A DNA stretch of 64,000 nucleotides from Chiloscyllium plagiosum (Eukaryota). The notes beneath the pieces were generated by a model that saw only the letters and a list, made by a program, of their open reading frames with translations, ran no database searches and was not told the DNA's origin. Location of the stretch: contig NC_057750.1 of NCBI RefSeq assembly GCF_004010195.1, forward strand, positions 2,548,112 to 2,612,111, written 5' to 3'. Both the position numbers and the translations under genes were made by a program. This document shows positions 23,973 through 38,243 of this stretch, one piece after another. The first letter of the stretch is position 1. Each line of letters starts with the position of its first letter.

Positions 23973-24284
23973 GTTAAATCTGCTTTCTCTTCTCAAATGC
24001 TCCCTGACCTGCTGAGTTTTTCCAGCAATCTCTGTTGTCAGACTTTATATTGGAAATTAAGGGACAGGCACTGGGACCCTTTTTTTTCTTATTTTATTTG
24101 TTGACCATTGCAGGATACTTTGATGGTTTATAGGGAATTAAGGGACAGGCAAAGGAACCTTGTCTGAACATTTGTATTTTGAAATTAGAGGCCATTGCAG
24201 GGGCCTCTCAAGTTGCTGATATATGCATTGATAGTTGTCTTTTCTGCTTTATGATCAAGAAAGTTTCGTTTTAAGGACATTAGA

Positions 24285-25087
24285 TAATAGGTGCAGGAGT
24301 AGGCCACTCTGCCCTTCAAGCCTGCACCACCATTCATTATGATCATGGCTGATCATCCTCAATCAGTATCCTGTTCCTGCCTTATCTCCATAACCCTTGA
24401 TTCCACTATCCTTGAGAGCTTATGCAACTCTTTCTTAAACGAGTCCAGAGACTGCCTTCTGGGGCAGAGCATTCCACACACCCATCACTCTCTGGGTGAA
24501 GAAGTTTCTCCTCACCTCTGTCCTAAATGGCCTACCCCTTATTTTTAAGCTGTGTCCTCTGGTTCGGGACTCGCCCATCAGCGGAAACATGTTTCCTGCC
24601 TCCAGAGTGTCCAATCCTTTAATAATCTTATATGTCTCAATCAGATCCCCTCTCAGTCTTCTAAACTCAAGGGTACACAAGCCCAGTCACTCCAATCTTT
24701 CAACATAAGATAGTCCTGCCATTCCAGGAATTGACCTTGTGAACCTACCCTGCACTCCCTCAATAGCCAGAATGTCTTTCCTCAAATTTGGAGACCAGAA
24801 CTGCACACAATATTCCAGGTGCACTCTCACCAGGGCTCTAAACAGCTGCAGAAGAATATCTTTGCTTCGATACTCAATCCCTCTTATGAAGGCCAGCATG
24901 CTATTAGCTTTCTTCATTACCTGCTGTACCTGTATGCTTGCCTTCATTGACTGGTGTACAAGAACACCCAGATCTCTTTGTACTGCCCCTTTACCTGACT
25001 TGACTCCATTTAGGTAGTAATCTGCCTTTCTGTTCTTGCCACCAAAGTGGATAACCATACATTTATCCACATTAAACTGCATCTGCC
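24285..25087 (-). mobile_element. CR1 LINE 3' region
   Basis: MQFNVDKCMVIHFG..RDLGVLVH..HLEYCVQFWSP..LRGDLIETYKII. Confidence 0.9.
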
Positions 25088-26139
25088 CTGCATCTGTCCA
25101 TTAGAATTTATTGGGGTTTTGTTTATCACATATTTTGGAATATTGCTGGTCACAAAATGACTCTTGATTCCTTCCACTTCAAATGTACTTTGAGGTGCAA
25201 CTCTTTGGTGATCTTGAAGCATTTGCACGTGCACATATAGACTGCCCACTAACCTTGTCCCATTATAAATGTTCCAGTTTATAAACCTAACTCGTCATCT
25301 TTGAAGTATTGGTGTGGGATCTTTTCATGAGCCTGCGGAGGAGGATAAGGCCTTGACTTTGTCGTGTGAAAGAAGTCACCTCTAATAGTGCAGCCATGCT
25401 TGATCTTTTGTTCTGGTTTCTTTGAGTGTGATTTAAAATGGTGGGTCTGTTAATTTAGGTCAGTCTACTGCAAAATAAAAACATGGAAATTATTTTAATC
25501 AAAAGTTGAGATAAAGAATGTATTTCTTGAAAGGGTAATGGAAGCAGAAAACTTTCAGCCAAAATTTAATGTTTTGAAAGCAGAATGTTTGCATGGAAGG
25601 CTGGGGGGAGAGTGGGACTTGATAAATGGTTTTTGATTGAGCTGGCACATGCATAATGGGCTGAATAGTCTATGATGTGTTGTTCTGTAAAATTGCAACT
25701 TTCATCCAGGTTAATTATTTTAGAGCATACTTAGTCCAGTGAAGTTAACTCTATGATTTGTTCTTCCTTTGATCTGCACTTAAATATTTAAAAACAATCT
25801 TCTTGATTTTTCAGGATCTACAGCAGTCTTTTTGTATATTATTTAAGGTTGAGAAATTAAATTTAGGAGGGAAAAATTTTATTTTATCCAGAGTTTTTAA
25901 AAATCTTACAATAGTGAGTTTTTAAAGTACGCACCAAGTAGGTAATGGAGACCAGCAGATCCCTAAGGCGAGGGAAAATGTTTTCACATTGCTTTTCATG
26001 CAGTATTTAGAACATGGAAATTGGCCCCTCATTCATAGAGATGTACAGCACAGAAGCTGACTCTTTAGTCCAACTCATTCATGTCGGCCAGATATTCTAA
26101 ATTAATCTATTGCCATTTGCCAGCACTTGGCCCATATCT

Positions 26140-26483
26140 TGTAGAGGTTTACAAAATTATGAGGGGCGTGGATAGGATAAATAGACAAAATCTTTTCCCT
26201 GGGGTTGGGGAATCCAGAACTGGAGCATATAGGTTTAGAGTAAGAGGGAAAATATATAAAAGAGACCTAAGGGGCAATGTTTTCACACAGAGGGTGGTAC
26301 GTGTATGGAATGAGCTGCCAGAGGAAGTGGCAGAGGCTGGTATAATTGCAACTTTTCAGAGGCATTTAGATGGGTATATGCATAGGAAGGGTTTGGAGGG
26401 ATATGGGCCGGGTGCTGACAAGTGGGACTAGATTGGGTTGGACTGAAGGGTCTGTTTCCATGCTGTACATCTCTACGACTCTA
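26140..26483 (+). mobile_element. CR1/HER1 LINE 3' end
   Basis: VEVYKIMRGVDRIN..FTQRVVRVWNELPEEV. Confidence 0.85.
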
Positions 26484-27719
26484 TTCATTTACTATCCAGA
26501 TGCCTTTTTAAATGTAGTAATTGTACCCGCTCCCGCTACCTCTGGCAGCTCTTTCCAAATGCGCCCCACGCACTGCATGAAAAGGTTGCCCCTTAGCCAC
26601 TTTAATCTATTTCATCTAGATGTTACTTATGCTCCACATAAATTTCCTCCCATATGTCCTATACACTGAGCTTTTTATTCCTTTCATTCATTATTCAGCA
26701 TCAATATTAATCCCTTCAGTTCCTGTAGTAGCGAGTTCCACTTTGTCACCATGTTTGGGTAGAAATGTTTTTCCTGAATTCCATGCTAGTCTTGTTAGTG
26801 AGTGAATTTTTTTATCATCCCTAGTTTTCATTTGGTCTGAAATTGGCAACATCTTCTCAACATTGTTATGCCCCGACGCTGGTAAGGTTCCCCAATTTAT
26901 TTATAGTTGTTAGCATTCAGCTCCTGAGCAAGGAATGAATAATCTTAGCTCTCCTTCACCTACCCTCTTGGTTGCAACAAAGTGAATTAAAAATGATCCC
27001 TTCCCTTGCAGCTGCCTTTGTCCCACACCTAAATTAACTTTTAAGAGTAGTCCAGGTAAGTTGGGTTTGTGGAAATAATTAAGAGTAAGTTTTTAAATTG
27101 CTAAATGCAAGATGAATTAGGAAAGCAACACATGCGTGCACATACACATGAAATGAGAGGTGAGTCCAAAGAGAACGTTTTTAAAAACTGTGGCTCAGTC
27201 TCTGAATTCCTGTGGTTGTTGGAGTGGAGGTTGTTGATAGCATTGATATTGGTAGTTGAACTGTCATTTTCACAATCCTAAGTTTTGCAGATTGGCTGAG
27301 ATTCAGTAGTTTTGATTCCTTACAACCATGACTGAATTCCAGCATTTGGGGTGAGAATTTGTTGTTTACTTTCCTTTTTTAACTGGTTTTCAGCACTGAG
27401 CGAGAGAAAGATTTACCTGCAAAACACAAATAACTAGGAGGTTGACTGTGACATTCACATCAAGCTATGAGCTAACATTCAATCCCAGGCTGGGGTACAC
27501 CAGTGTTCAGTCCCACTTATCCACTTCAGTAGCGTTGAAACCCTACTTGTCCTTGTATATTCTTCAAATGAAAAAGTACCCAATGTCTGTGACTGGGAGC
27601 ATAACCTGCAGAGGGTGATGTACGATAGCAAATCTGATAGGAATCTATGTTAAAACCAGAGTTACAATGTGTAAGACCCTACTTCTTGTAAAGAAAACAT
27701 TAAAGTATAATACCTTTGT

Positions 27720-28030
27720 GGGCAGCACGGTGGCACAGTGGTTAGCACTGCTGCCTCACAGCGCCAGAGACCCGGGTTCAATTCCCGCCTCAGGCGATCG
27801 ACTGTGTGGAGTTTGCACGTTCTCCCCGTGTCTGCGTGGGTTTCCTCCGGGTGCTCCGGTTTCCTCCCACAGTCCAAAGATGTGCAGGTCAGGTGAATTG
27901 GCCATGCTAAATTGCCCGTAGTGTTAGGTAAGGGGTACATGTAGGGGTATGGGTGGGTTGCGCTTCGGCGGGGCGGTGTGGACTTGTTGGGCCGAAGGGC
28001 CTGTTTCCACACTGTAAGTAATCTAATCTA
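27720..28030 (+). mobile_element. HE1-type V-SINE, full-length and little diverged from the 3624 copy
   Basis: ggcagcacggtggcacagtggttagcactgctgcctcacagcgccagagacccgggttcaattcccg... ending ...ccacactgtaagtaatctaatcta. Confidence 0.92.
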
Positions 28031-28553
28031 AAAACCTTGTAAATTGAAACACTACATTGTAATTTAGAAAATTAACAAAATAACCTTTAAAGTGTAAAAC
28101 AAAAATCTAACTTTCTGCTTGTACAGACTTTGCCATGACCCCCTTTTTTTCCCCAGTACCATTCTGAATCTGCTTCTGTCTCTTACCAGCGCTGCTCACA
28201 TCCAACCCCCTGGCAAGGGTTGGGAGAGCTTAAGTTGCAGGGCAGGTGCACAGAAGGGCTGTGTTTGGTAGAGTTAGAGAGCAGAGGAGATGATGGGGAA
28301 ATGGCTTTCGTGATTCTCACTGCACCCAAATGAGATTCCAGCCCCAATTAACCACACAACACTAAATAGAAATATCAAGTGGGGTGACGTTAAATGAACA
28401 CTTGCTGTATGCAGTTTTCACAGCATGGTCTAAGCATTTTGATGGAACTGAGGTCAAAGCAATTGGTTTCATTTAGGTTTGTTGGTATGTGAGATGCTTT
28501 TGTTTGACTGCTGTTGCTACTACAAGTAGTGAATGAATTACTGATGTTTGCAG

Positions 28554-28665
28554 GTTACGTGGCTCCCGAGTGCTGTTAGTGGGAATGAAGGGACTGGGAG
28601 CTGAAGTGGCGAAAAACCTTATTCTGGCTGGTGTCAAGGCACTGACTCTACTGGACCATCAGCAG
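28554..28665 (+). CDS. SAE1: SAE1 coding exon 2
   Basis: Acceptor tttgcag|G, 112 nt, (R)[37 protein letters not shown] (ThiF/E1 Rossmann-like motif), donor CAG|gtattc. Phase matches exon 1. Confidence 0.97.
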
Positions 28666-30162
28666 GTATTCCAGTGACCTTCTGAAGCACAGTAATGGTG
28701 GTGCTTTTGGTTTTAGATTTTCTGTATAGTGGATGCTGATCTCAAAGCATTTTTAGTTTTTGACTGTACCTGTTGATTTTCCAAAATTCTCAAATTAATT
28801 CTGAGAAGTATTCAACAATTAATTTAATAATTCTGGCTGTCTTGGACTTTTCCTTTGTGGAAATCTACCATAAATGTGCAAGTCTCTTGCAACCATTCGA
28901 TTTAATATGTATTATAACATGTAGCTTTGGTTCCAGTGTTTGTTTGGATAGTACTGTCATAGTAACAACAGCAAATGGCATTTATGCAGCCTCTTTTAAT
29001 ATAGTGAAGCTTGCATTTGTGACCCATTATATTAAATTTCAACAGTCAGAATGTGACATCTGTGCTGTGTACAAAAATGTTAATGGGCTGACAGCCTTTA
29101 TAATTGAGAGTAAGAAGAGGGTATTTTGCTGCAGATCAAAGGGCAGTTGATGCTCAGTCAATTGTTAATTTTAATCCTTTTTTTTAATGTTGACCAAAGT
29201 TAAAGTTAAGGAATAATGGGCAAAGCCAGATTTATTGATTAGATTAGATTTTAGCAGGTTTTGAGAAGATTTGTAGCTCAGCTTGAGGTTTTTGATGTAG
29301 GTTTGTTCGCTGAGCTGGAAGGTTCATTTCCAGATGTTTTGTCGCCCTACAAGGTAACATCTTCAGTGGGCCTCAGGCAAAGCATTACTGGTGATTCCTA
29401 ATGCACCTAACATTATGGGCAATTTAGCATGGCCAATTCACCTGATCTGCACATCTTTGGATTGTGGGAGGAAACCCATGCAGACACGGAAAGAATGTGC
29501 AAACCCAAGGGTGGAATTGAACTTGTGTTCCCTGGTGTTGTGAGGCAGCAGTGCTAACTGCTGCCCCGTGCCACCCATACAAGGTTAGTATAACCTTGAT
29601 CATGTTGAATGGCAGAACAGGCTTGAGTTGAGCAATCTACGCCTGCTCCTAGATAAAAACAAAATCGTCAGAAAGTTGGGCTGGCAGCATCTTGTAGAAA
29701 GCGAAACAGTTGATGTTTCATATTGATGGTCTTCATCTCATGGATGATCACTAACACTGCTCTCTCTCTCCACAGATGCTGTCAGACCTGCTGAGTATTT
29801 CTGGTATTTTTCTGTTTTCATTTTAGATTTTAAGTATCCAATCTTGTATCCTCTTCCCTACATTAAGTACAAGTTTCCCAATAGTTTTGTTTGGACTCTG
29901 AAACAGTACTGTACTCATAGTATCCCAAACATTCAAACACAAAATCAAGTGTAAAAATGTAGAAAGCAGAATACTATGGAATACAGAAAACTGTAACAGT
30001 ACAGAAAAGAACCCTAAGCTCACTATTTCCAGCATTTTCTGTTTTTATTTTGAAAAACATTGTTTCATAGGATTTGAACAAGTTTTAATGAATTTCTGCA
30101 ATTTTAGCTGTGATCTTTTTTAAATTTCTCTCTTTCTCTACTACTCCTGGATGCAATGTTAG

Positions 30163-30336
30163 GCAACACCAGAGGATTCGAGATCTCAGTTCCTCATTCC
30201 TACCAGCTCTTTGGGGAAAAATCGAGCAGAGGCATCTCTGGAGCGTGCACAGAACCTGAACCCCATGGTGGAAGTGAAAGTCGATACTGAGAACATTTCA
30301 AACAAGTCACAGGAGTTCCTCGCCCAATTTGATGCA
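30163..30336 (+). CDS. SAE1: SAE1 coding exon 3
   Basis: Acceptor gttag|GCA, 174 nt, ATPEDSRSQFLIPTSSLGKNRAEASLERAQNLNPMVEVKVDTENISNKSQEFLAQFDA, donor |gtgagt. Phase 0/0. Confidence 0.96.
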
Positions 30337-30434
30337 GTGAGTATTCCACACCCCTTTGTGTGTAGCAGCATTATTCTTCAGCCAACACTCTTGCAGAATT
30401 TTTTAACTCTTCGTTTTATTTAAGAATAAAATAC

Positions 30435-30755
30435 AATCCCTACAGTGTGGAAGCAATCATTCGATCCATTGAGTCCATACTGAATTTCTGAAGAACTTCC
30501 CAGACAGACCCACACCCTTACCCTCTCCCCGTAACCCTGCATTTTCCATGTATAATCCACCTAGACCTGCACACTCCTGGACACGATGGGCAATTTAGCA
30601 TGGCCAGTGCACCCTAACCTGAATATATTTCAACTGTGGGAGGAAACTCACGCAGACACTGGGAGAATGTGCAAACTCCAAGCGCCCGAGGGTAGAATCA
30701 AACCTGGGTCCCTGGCACTATGAGGCAACAGTGCTAACCACTGAGCTACTGTGCC
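30435..30755 (-). mobile_element. HE1-type V-SINE
   Basis: Reverse-complement HE1 core and tail. Confidence 0.75.
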
Positions 30756-31829
30756 TATTTAGATCCGTAATGAGAATCTAGCAGGTATCCCACATTTGGT
30801 TGCCATTTTGGCATTGTATTTCTTAGCCGTCAAGACATATAATTTTGTCCCCCCCACCTTATCTTTTATTGATCTTATTCTTTGCCACTCTTTCCCTGAC
30901 CTCATTAAAATCTTGTTTGAACAGAGCCTGCAAATCCCATCCTTGTGTCTTACCACAAGCGACATTTCTTAATTCACAAACCTCCTCGGTGACTGGTGCT
31001 GTCTAATTCATCTACAGAAGCTTTGCACCTACGTCTGACCCAACCCTCGCCACAAACTGTGTTCCCCCTTGAGGATCATTGTATAAAAATTGAGACTTGG
31101 CAGAGAGGGTGTTGGATTAAATAGTTTACCCTTTCAAAGCACCAGTACAGGTCCGATAGGGCAAATGGTTTCTTTTTGGGCTGTACCGGGGAAATCTGAG
31201 GCCAATTGTAAAGCTTTACTACTGTTGTGTTAAACTAGCGTATTTGAGGATGATAGGCTTAGGTTTGAATATTTTTGAATCCAATCAGTCAGCTCAGTAA
31301 TCAGTTTGTGTAAAACAAGATAATTATTTGGATTGAATGTGAGAAGAACAATATGAACCTGTTTCTCTTTAGTTGCCCCTTTGCTTGCTTTATGAAAAAA
31401 AAACAATGTTGCTTAAGTCCTGTGAATGCAAAATATTAAATGTTTGTTCCCAGTGGTTGGAGCTTATGGGCAGCCAGAGGGTCCCAGTGGTATCACGCGC
31501 CAGAGTGCTTGAGATACTTGTCGTACTGTCAGATGGTTTAGTAACTGAGAGAAAAATGACACTCTAGTGCTGTCCCACCAAGAATCTATGAATTCAACAT
31601 CTTTCTAACCAGCTGCTTCATGCATTTGCTGGCCATACCAGTCATTCAGCCCCTCAAACCAACTCTATTCTGTCCTCCATTGAGATCATGAGTTGTATAG
31701 TCTACCAAATCAAGAGTTAAAAGTTGATTGGATCAAAATTTGCAAGATGAGAATTAACAAGGTAGATGTCAATAAATTAGTAGGACTTGGAGCTGTTGCC
31801 CAAAGAATTAGGAAATGAATATACTCCAG

Positions 31830-32330
31830 ATGTGTCCAATTCTGGTTGCCCAGTTATAGGAAGGATATTATCTAGCTGGAGAGGGTTCAGAAGAGATTTG
31901 CCAGGATGTTGCCTGGTATGGAAGGTTTGAGTTATAAAGAAAGGCTGGGGCTTTTTTCACTGGAGCATAGAAGGTTGAGAGGTGACCTTATAGAAGTTTA
32001 TAAAATAATGAGGGATTATAGATAGAGTTAATGGTGGTTGTCTTTTCTCTAGGATGGGAGATTTCAAGACTAGGGGGCACATTTTTAAGGTGAGAGGAAA
32101 GAAATTTTAAAAAGACATTGGGGGAATCTTTTTACACAGAGGAGTGAACTTCCTCAGGAAGTGGTGGATGTGGACGTAATTTCAACATTTAAAAAATATT
32201 TCTATAAGTACATGAACAGGAAAAGTTTGGAGGGATATGGACCGGGGCAGGCAGGTGGGAGTAAATTTAGTTTGGGATTGAGGTTAGCATGGACTGGTTG
32301 GACCAAAGAGTCTGTTCCCGTACTGTGTGG
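31830..32330 (+). mobile_element. CR1 LINE 3' end
   Basis: gagagggttcagaagagatttgccaggatgttgcc...aggtgaccttatagaagtttataaaat. Confidence 0.8.
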
Positions 32331-32914
32331 CTGTGAGAGAGGGATACATTTTATTTAGATTTTAAAGACCATTGAGAGGTATGGGATAAAGTGACAATAT
32401 GGCATGAGGATAGACAGAGGCTGTGATCATATTGAATGATGGAGCATGTTTGAAGGGCATACTCTTGTAGCTGGTTTCAGTAGCAGAGTCCTATGTGCAT
32501 GATCATGTATAAATTTGTTTTATTTTTACTTTCTCTTGTATGAAGTGATTCTTGATGAATGTTAAATGCTGCCCTGGCCATTTTTGTGAAACTTTCATGC
32601 AGAATTCACCTTAGTTCTGATGAAAATGAGTGGTTTACCATTTGTTAACTTGTGTTTTGCGGTATTTTGTGATTTGCACAAGTATTTGTATACCTCCGAC
32701 ATGCACATCCTAATTGGGAAGAAGGGTAGTAGAATGCATCGTAACTTTGTCTGTTTGGTGTCAGCATTGAAAAAGTGGGTTTATGGATTCTGCTGCAGTC
32801 AAACTGCTGGTGAAGGGTTTGGGACTTACACTAGATGGTGCAATTGCACCTTAGCTCAGTGGCATTCGGTGCCACAAAACATGTACTGTACGACATGGGA
32901 CTTATAATAACACT

Positions 32915-33775
32915 AGTCATAGAAATGTACAGCACAGACATAGACCTTTTGGTCCAACTCGTCCATGTTGACCAGATATCCCAACCCAATCTGGTCCCAC
33001 CTGCCAGCACCCAGCCCATATCCCTCCAAACCATTCCCATACATCTACCTATCCAGATGCCTTTAAAATGTTGCAATTGTACCAGCCTCCACCACTTCCT
33101 CTGGCAGCTCATTCCATAAACGTACCACCCCTCTGTGGAAAAAGTTGCCCCTTAGGTCGCTTTTATTTCTTTCCCCTTTCACCTTAAACCTAGGGGAATT
33201 GGCCATGCTAAATTGCCCATAGCGTTAGGTGAAGGGGTAAATGTCGGGGAATGGGTCTGGGTGGATTGCTCTTCAGAGGGTTGGTGTGAACTTGTTGGGC
33301 CAAAGGGCCTGTTTCCACACTGTAAGTAATCTATGTCCTCTAGTTCTGGACTCCCCCACCCCAGGGAAGAGACTTTATCTATTTATCCTATCCATGCATC
33401 TCATGACTTTATAAACCTCTATAAGGTCACCCCTCAGCCTCCACCCCAGGGAAAACAGCCCCAGCCTGTTCAGCCTCTCCCTGTAGGTCAAATCCTCCAA
33501 CCCTGGCAACATCCTTGTAAATCTTTTCTGAATCCTTTCAAGTTTCACAACATGCTTCTGAAAGGAAGGAGACCAGAATTGCACGCAATATTCCAACAGT
33601 GGCCTACCCAATCCCCTGTACAGCTGCACCACGACCTTCCGACTCCTGTACCCAATACTCTGACCAATAGAGGAAAGCATACCAAGTGCCACCTTCACTA
33701 TCCTATCTACTGCAACCGTACTTTCAAGGAGCTATGAGCCTGCACTCAAAGGTCTCTTTCTTCAGTAGCATTCCT
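32915..33775 (-). mobile_element. CR1/HER1 LINE 3' region with an HE1 3' fragment inserted (about 33193-33333)
   Basis: RPLLEYCVQFWSPSF..ERIQKRFTRMLPGLEDLTYRERLNRLGLFSL. Confidence 0.88.
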
Positions 33776-34389
33776 TCATTAGAAGCACAGATTGGAATGT
33801 AAGATCTATTTCTATCTGTTTTATTGCAGAAAGATAAAATCTAAATAAATTTTAATGTCATTCTCAAATCCTGTTTGAAACCGTGGACAGGTTTGTTTAA
33901 AATCTGAACAACATGCATGTATTGGCCATTGGGAAACAACATATTTATGATCTGATGTATCCAATAGAAAGACAAACCTAGCTCATTGTCTTAACTTTTC
34001 ATTCAATCGAAAACTTGCATTTTTGTGTCTAACCTTCAGTAACTGGATTACCTATTCTAAATGAAAGTGCTCCCTGTTAAACCTGAATGGACCTTTTTGA
34101 AGTTGCGGTGATTTGAGGGAATCTGCGTTTGCTGTGTTCTTCTTTTGACTTGCTCTGTAACGCATCCTTGTTAAACGTTCCATTTGGATGTTATGATTCA
34201 AATGCTGGTGTTGTTTCTGTCCTGCAGCTCCCACAGCACACACCTGACTGCACCCTTGAAACTTCCAGCAGGGATGTTTAAGAGCAGGGAAACTCTCTGC
34301 TGGTGCAAATTTGTGCTTGGGTCAGAGATTTTTTTTTTAGAAGTGGATTTTCTAGAAATATCATGACTTTGGTTGTGAAATTAACGTAG

Positions 34390-35530
34390 AAGATAGGGGT
34401 AGGCCATTCGACCCCTCAAGCTTGCTCTGCCATTCAATATGAGCATGGCTGATCATCGAGCTCAATACCCTAATCCCGTGCACCTTCCCCCATATGCCTT
34501 GATCCCTTTAGGCAGAAGAGCTATATCTATCACCTCCTTGAAAATACATAATGTTTTGGCCTCACCCACTTTCTTTGGCAGTGAATTCCAGAGATTTGCC
34601 ACTCTCTGGGTGAAGTTGTCCTCAACTCAGTTCTAAAAGGTTCACCCGTTTATTCTTTTCTGGACTCCATGCCCATCAGGCGCATCCTTCTTATATCTAA
34701 CCTGTCTGGATTTAGTCGTATTTTATAGGTTTCTCAAATCTCTTCCCGCCACCACCACCAGCACCACATCAGTCCTACCATCCCTGCAATTAATTTAATT
34801 AACCTTGGCTGCGCTCCCTCTATAGTAAGAGTGGAGATCAAAACTGCGCAGAAAACTCCAGGTCTGGTGTCATCAAAACTCTGTATGATTGCACCAAGAC
34901 ATCCTTGTTCCTGTACTCGCGTCCTCTCACAATGAAGGCCATCATACAGTTTGCCTCCTTTACTGCCTGCTGCACCTGCACGCTTACTGTCAGTGATTTG
35001 CTGCACAAGTACACCCAGGTCTTGTTGAACATTCCTCTTTCTCAAATTATTGCCTTTCAAATAATAATCTGCCTTGCCGTTTTGTGCCAAAGAGAGTAAC
35101 CTCATATCTATCTACATTATACTGCACCTATCATGCACCTACCCACTCCCTCAGCCTGTCCAAATCACACTGCTATATCTCCGATCCTCCTCACAGCTCA
35201 CCCATCCACCCAGCTTTGTGTCTTCTGCAGATTTTGAGATATTACGTTTAGTTCCCTTTCTAAATCGGTAACATAGCTATTGTGAGTGGCTGGGGTCCTA
35301 ATACTGAGCCCACTAGTCACTGTCTAACTTTGTTTCCTGTCTCCGAACAATTTTCTACAACTTCCAATCCCATGCAATTCAATTTTACACATTAATCTCT
35401 TATCTGAGATTTTGTTGAAAGCCTTCTGAAATTCCAGATTAACCATGCCCCCGATTCTCCCTGATCAAGCCTTCAAAGAATTCCAGTAGATTTGTCAAGC
35501 ATGATTCCCCTCTTGTTAATCCAGACTGAC
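34390..35530 (-). mobile_element. Degenerate CR1 LINE RT to 3' end
   Basis: QQDLGVLV, VQVQQAVKEANCMMAFIVRG, DLEFSAQF fragments. Confidence 0.8.
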
Positions 35531-36591
35531 TGTGTGTGATTTTACTTAATTTAATAGCACAACTCTTAGAAAACACCAGGGAGGAATGTGAGCACTGCAG
35601 ATGCTGGAGATCAGAGTTGAAGAGTGTGATGGCAGGCCTGGCAGCATCCCAGGTGCAGGAGAATCAATGTTTTGAGCATAAGCTCTTCAAGAAGAACTTA
35701 TGATCGAAATGTCGATTCCCCTGCTTCTCAGATGCTGCCAGACCCGCTATGCTTTTCCAGCACCATACTCTTCAACTATTAAATTATCAGCCTTCCAACT
35801 CATCAACTTCTCCAACAGCATTTCTGTACGGTACAGACTTGGTTTAGTTGCTCCCTTTCACGAAACCCTGTGTTCCCCATCATTTCTAGTGTTATTCATG
35901 TCCTCCTTTGAAGACAAATTTAAGAGTTAGTGTTTTAGTTGCTAGAATTTGAAAGATTGAGGTGGATGGTGAGGAGACAAGATAATAAAGCTTTTAATAT
36001 ATTGACTCATCCAAACTTGTAAATTGAGGATCCTTTTTGAACAGCTGGTATTAGAAAAGTGATTCAGAACATCATCCTGGACGTAAATACAGACTTAATT
36101 ACTGCATGGCCTTTGTAACGTTCAACTGAATTCGTTTTGTTTACGTCAGAATCAAAAATTAGTCATAGCTTGCTCTGGCATTTTTCAATCCTAATTGTAT
36201 TTGTACCTCCAGCACTCTGTGCTGTATCTAAGGAAACACAATGAACAGTATAGCAAAGATATTTACTCTGATATCTTGGTTTTGAGGCACTTCTAGTTCA
36301 TTGCTGGAAATGGATATTGCTGTGAACCATTGACAGCATTAGCTACTTCATTATCAGAGATACTGCAGTTGGACACAGATGGTCTTTCTCTACTGTGAAC
36401 CAATAATGTCTGACAACCAACACGAAGCTCATTCTTTCACCATTACATCTTTAACTCAGACCACTCCAGTGGTAAATCTTAAAGAGTTGTCGCCTGTCTG
36501 CTAAGCAGAAGGCTCTCATATACTTAGGCTGTGGGCTGTTTCTGAACAAAATACTGCCCACTCATCTCGTTCGGATAATCGAGGTTCCTCT

Positions 36592-36629
36592 GTACACGTG
36601 TGTGTGTGTGTGTACACACACACACACAC
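36592..36629. repeat. (GT)n(AC)n palindromic microsatellite
   Basis: gtacacgtgtgtgtgtgtgtgtacacacacacacacac. Confidence 0.9.
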
Positions 36630-37924
36630 CCCCCCCGCATCCCTCCAGTGGGGCTGTCTGTTCCTTCACGTCGGGCAGTTGACACGCCATTCCCGCATTC
36701 TGATCACTTAACCTGAACTATCAACCATCAATGTCCTTCTTCCCACCCCCCCCACCCACTGCCACCACCACATACCACACCCCCTCCCCACTATTGCATA
36801 AATACTGTCCCCTCCACACTTCACATCAGCTCTCATGAAGAGTCATCTCTACTTGAACTGTTAGCTTGCTCTCTGTCCATGGATGCTGTCTGAGCCCCTG
36901 TGACCTCTAGCATTTGTTATTTTCTGTATTCTCGGAGCTGGCTGGAAAAGGTGACAACCAGGTTGAAGGACAATCTGGTGATATCGTAGACCTCCCATGG
37001 ACATAACTCCAAAACTTTCCTGTTACAGAAGAGTAATGAAAAACCTTGTCAGGTTAAGCTGTTTTGTAAAAATAAATTATCATTTTATAAGTGAAACTAA
37101 AACTGCTCTGATTAAATATATACGGTTACAATTCTGTAGATATCAAATCTCACCAGCTGTTTTGGTAATGGATCTGGTATTAAACTGCTGGCCCCAATCT
37201 GTGCCCCTTGCTTGGCCAGCTGTCTGACCATTGTGGCCCTGGTGAAACTATTCCTATTTGTATTTGTTTTTAACTCTGCTGGTTTTGTGACCAGACTTAA
37301 AGGTCAATTTTCACTTCGCCTCACAAACCTGGTGAAAATGCACAATCTGTCTGCAATTTAAATTAGGAGCAAGTCTCTCCTGGTGAGTTTAATTGCTTTT
37401 CTGACCATATGAGCTAAATTTGAAACTAAAATATCTTTTTTTTTGGGGGGGGGGGGGTCGGTGGAGGTTAGGATTTGAAGTTATAATTGGCATGCTAAGC
37501 CAAAGTCAGTCTAATCTTTTATACCTCCTCATACTCTTAGATTTGCGTGTGTCGAACAGGGGATGTGACTGTTTACTGTTTCACTATTGTTTGGCATTTG
37601 GGCAGCCAGTGTGTTATAACCAACAATGTGTGACTAATTCCTTTGATCAAATTGAAACCTGACAAACCTGGAGTGTGGAACAATGGTACTTTAACAGACA
37701 CAAGTCTGAGAGCCACAGGTGATTCAAAAGCTCTAGTTTAGGAATGGTCTCTGTAGCTCTTGGCCTGCATTGCTTTTGGTAACAGACTGCAACATGACAG
37801 TCATGCAGTTATTCCACCCACATCTACCTTTTTGAGAGATGCAGTTGTGTAATGTGGTCTTCCCTTTGCATTGTGAGACTGTCTTCTCAGAGTCCTTTAG
37901 GTAAATGGTGCAAAAAGAGACTAA

Positions 37925-38243
37925 GTCTCTTCCCTGGGGTGGAGGAGTCCAGAACTAGAGGGCATTGGTTGAGAGTGAGAGGGGAAAGATAAAGACCTGA
38001 GGGGCAATTTTTTCATGCAGAGGTGGTACGTGTATGGAACGAGCTGCCAGACGATGTGGTGGAGGCTGGTACAATTGCAACATTTAAGATGTATCTGGAT
38101 GGGTATATGAATAAGAAGGGTTCAGAGGATATGGGCCAGGTGCTGGCAGGTGGGACTAGATTGCTTTGGGATATCTGGTTGGCATGGACGAGTTGGACCG
38201 AAGGGTCTGTTTCTGTGCTGTACATCTGTGACCCTATGACTCT
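37925..38243 (+). mobile_element. CR1/HER1 LINE 3' end
   Basis: VRVWNELPDDVVEAGTIATFKMYLDGYM. Confidence 0.85.

Noticed and set aside
27720..27790. tRNA-like sequence (also at other SINE heads)
   Set aside because: Continues directly into the HE1 V-domain and LINE-derived tail, so it is a SINE head and not a tRNA gene.
37540..37635. Possible SAE1 exon 4 (ag|ATTTGCGTGTGT.., ICVCRTGDV..)
   Set aside because: Only superficial similarity. It lacks the GDVFGYHGY motif and hits a stop codon.
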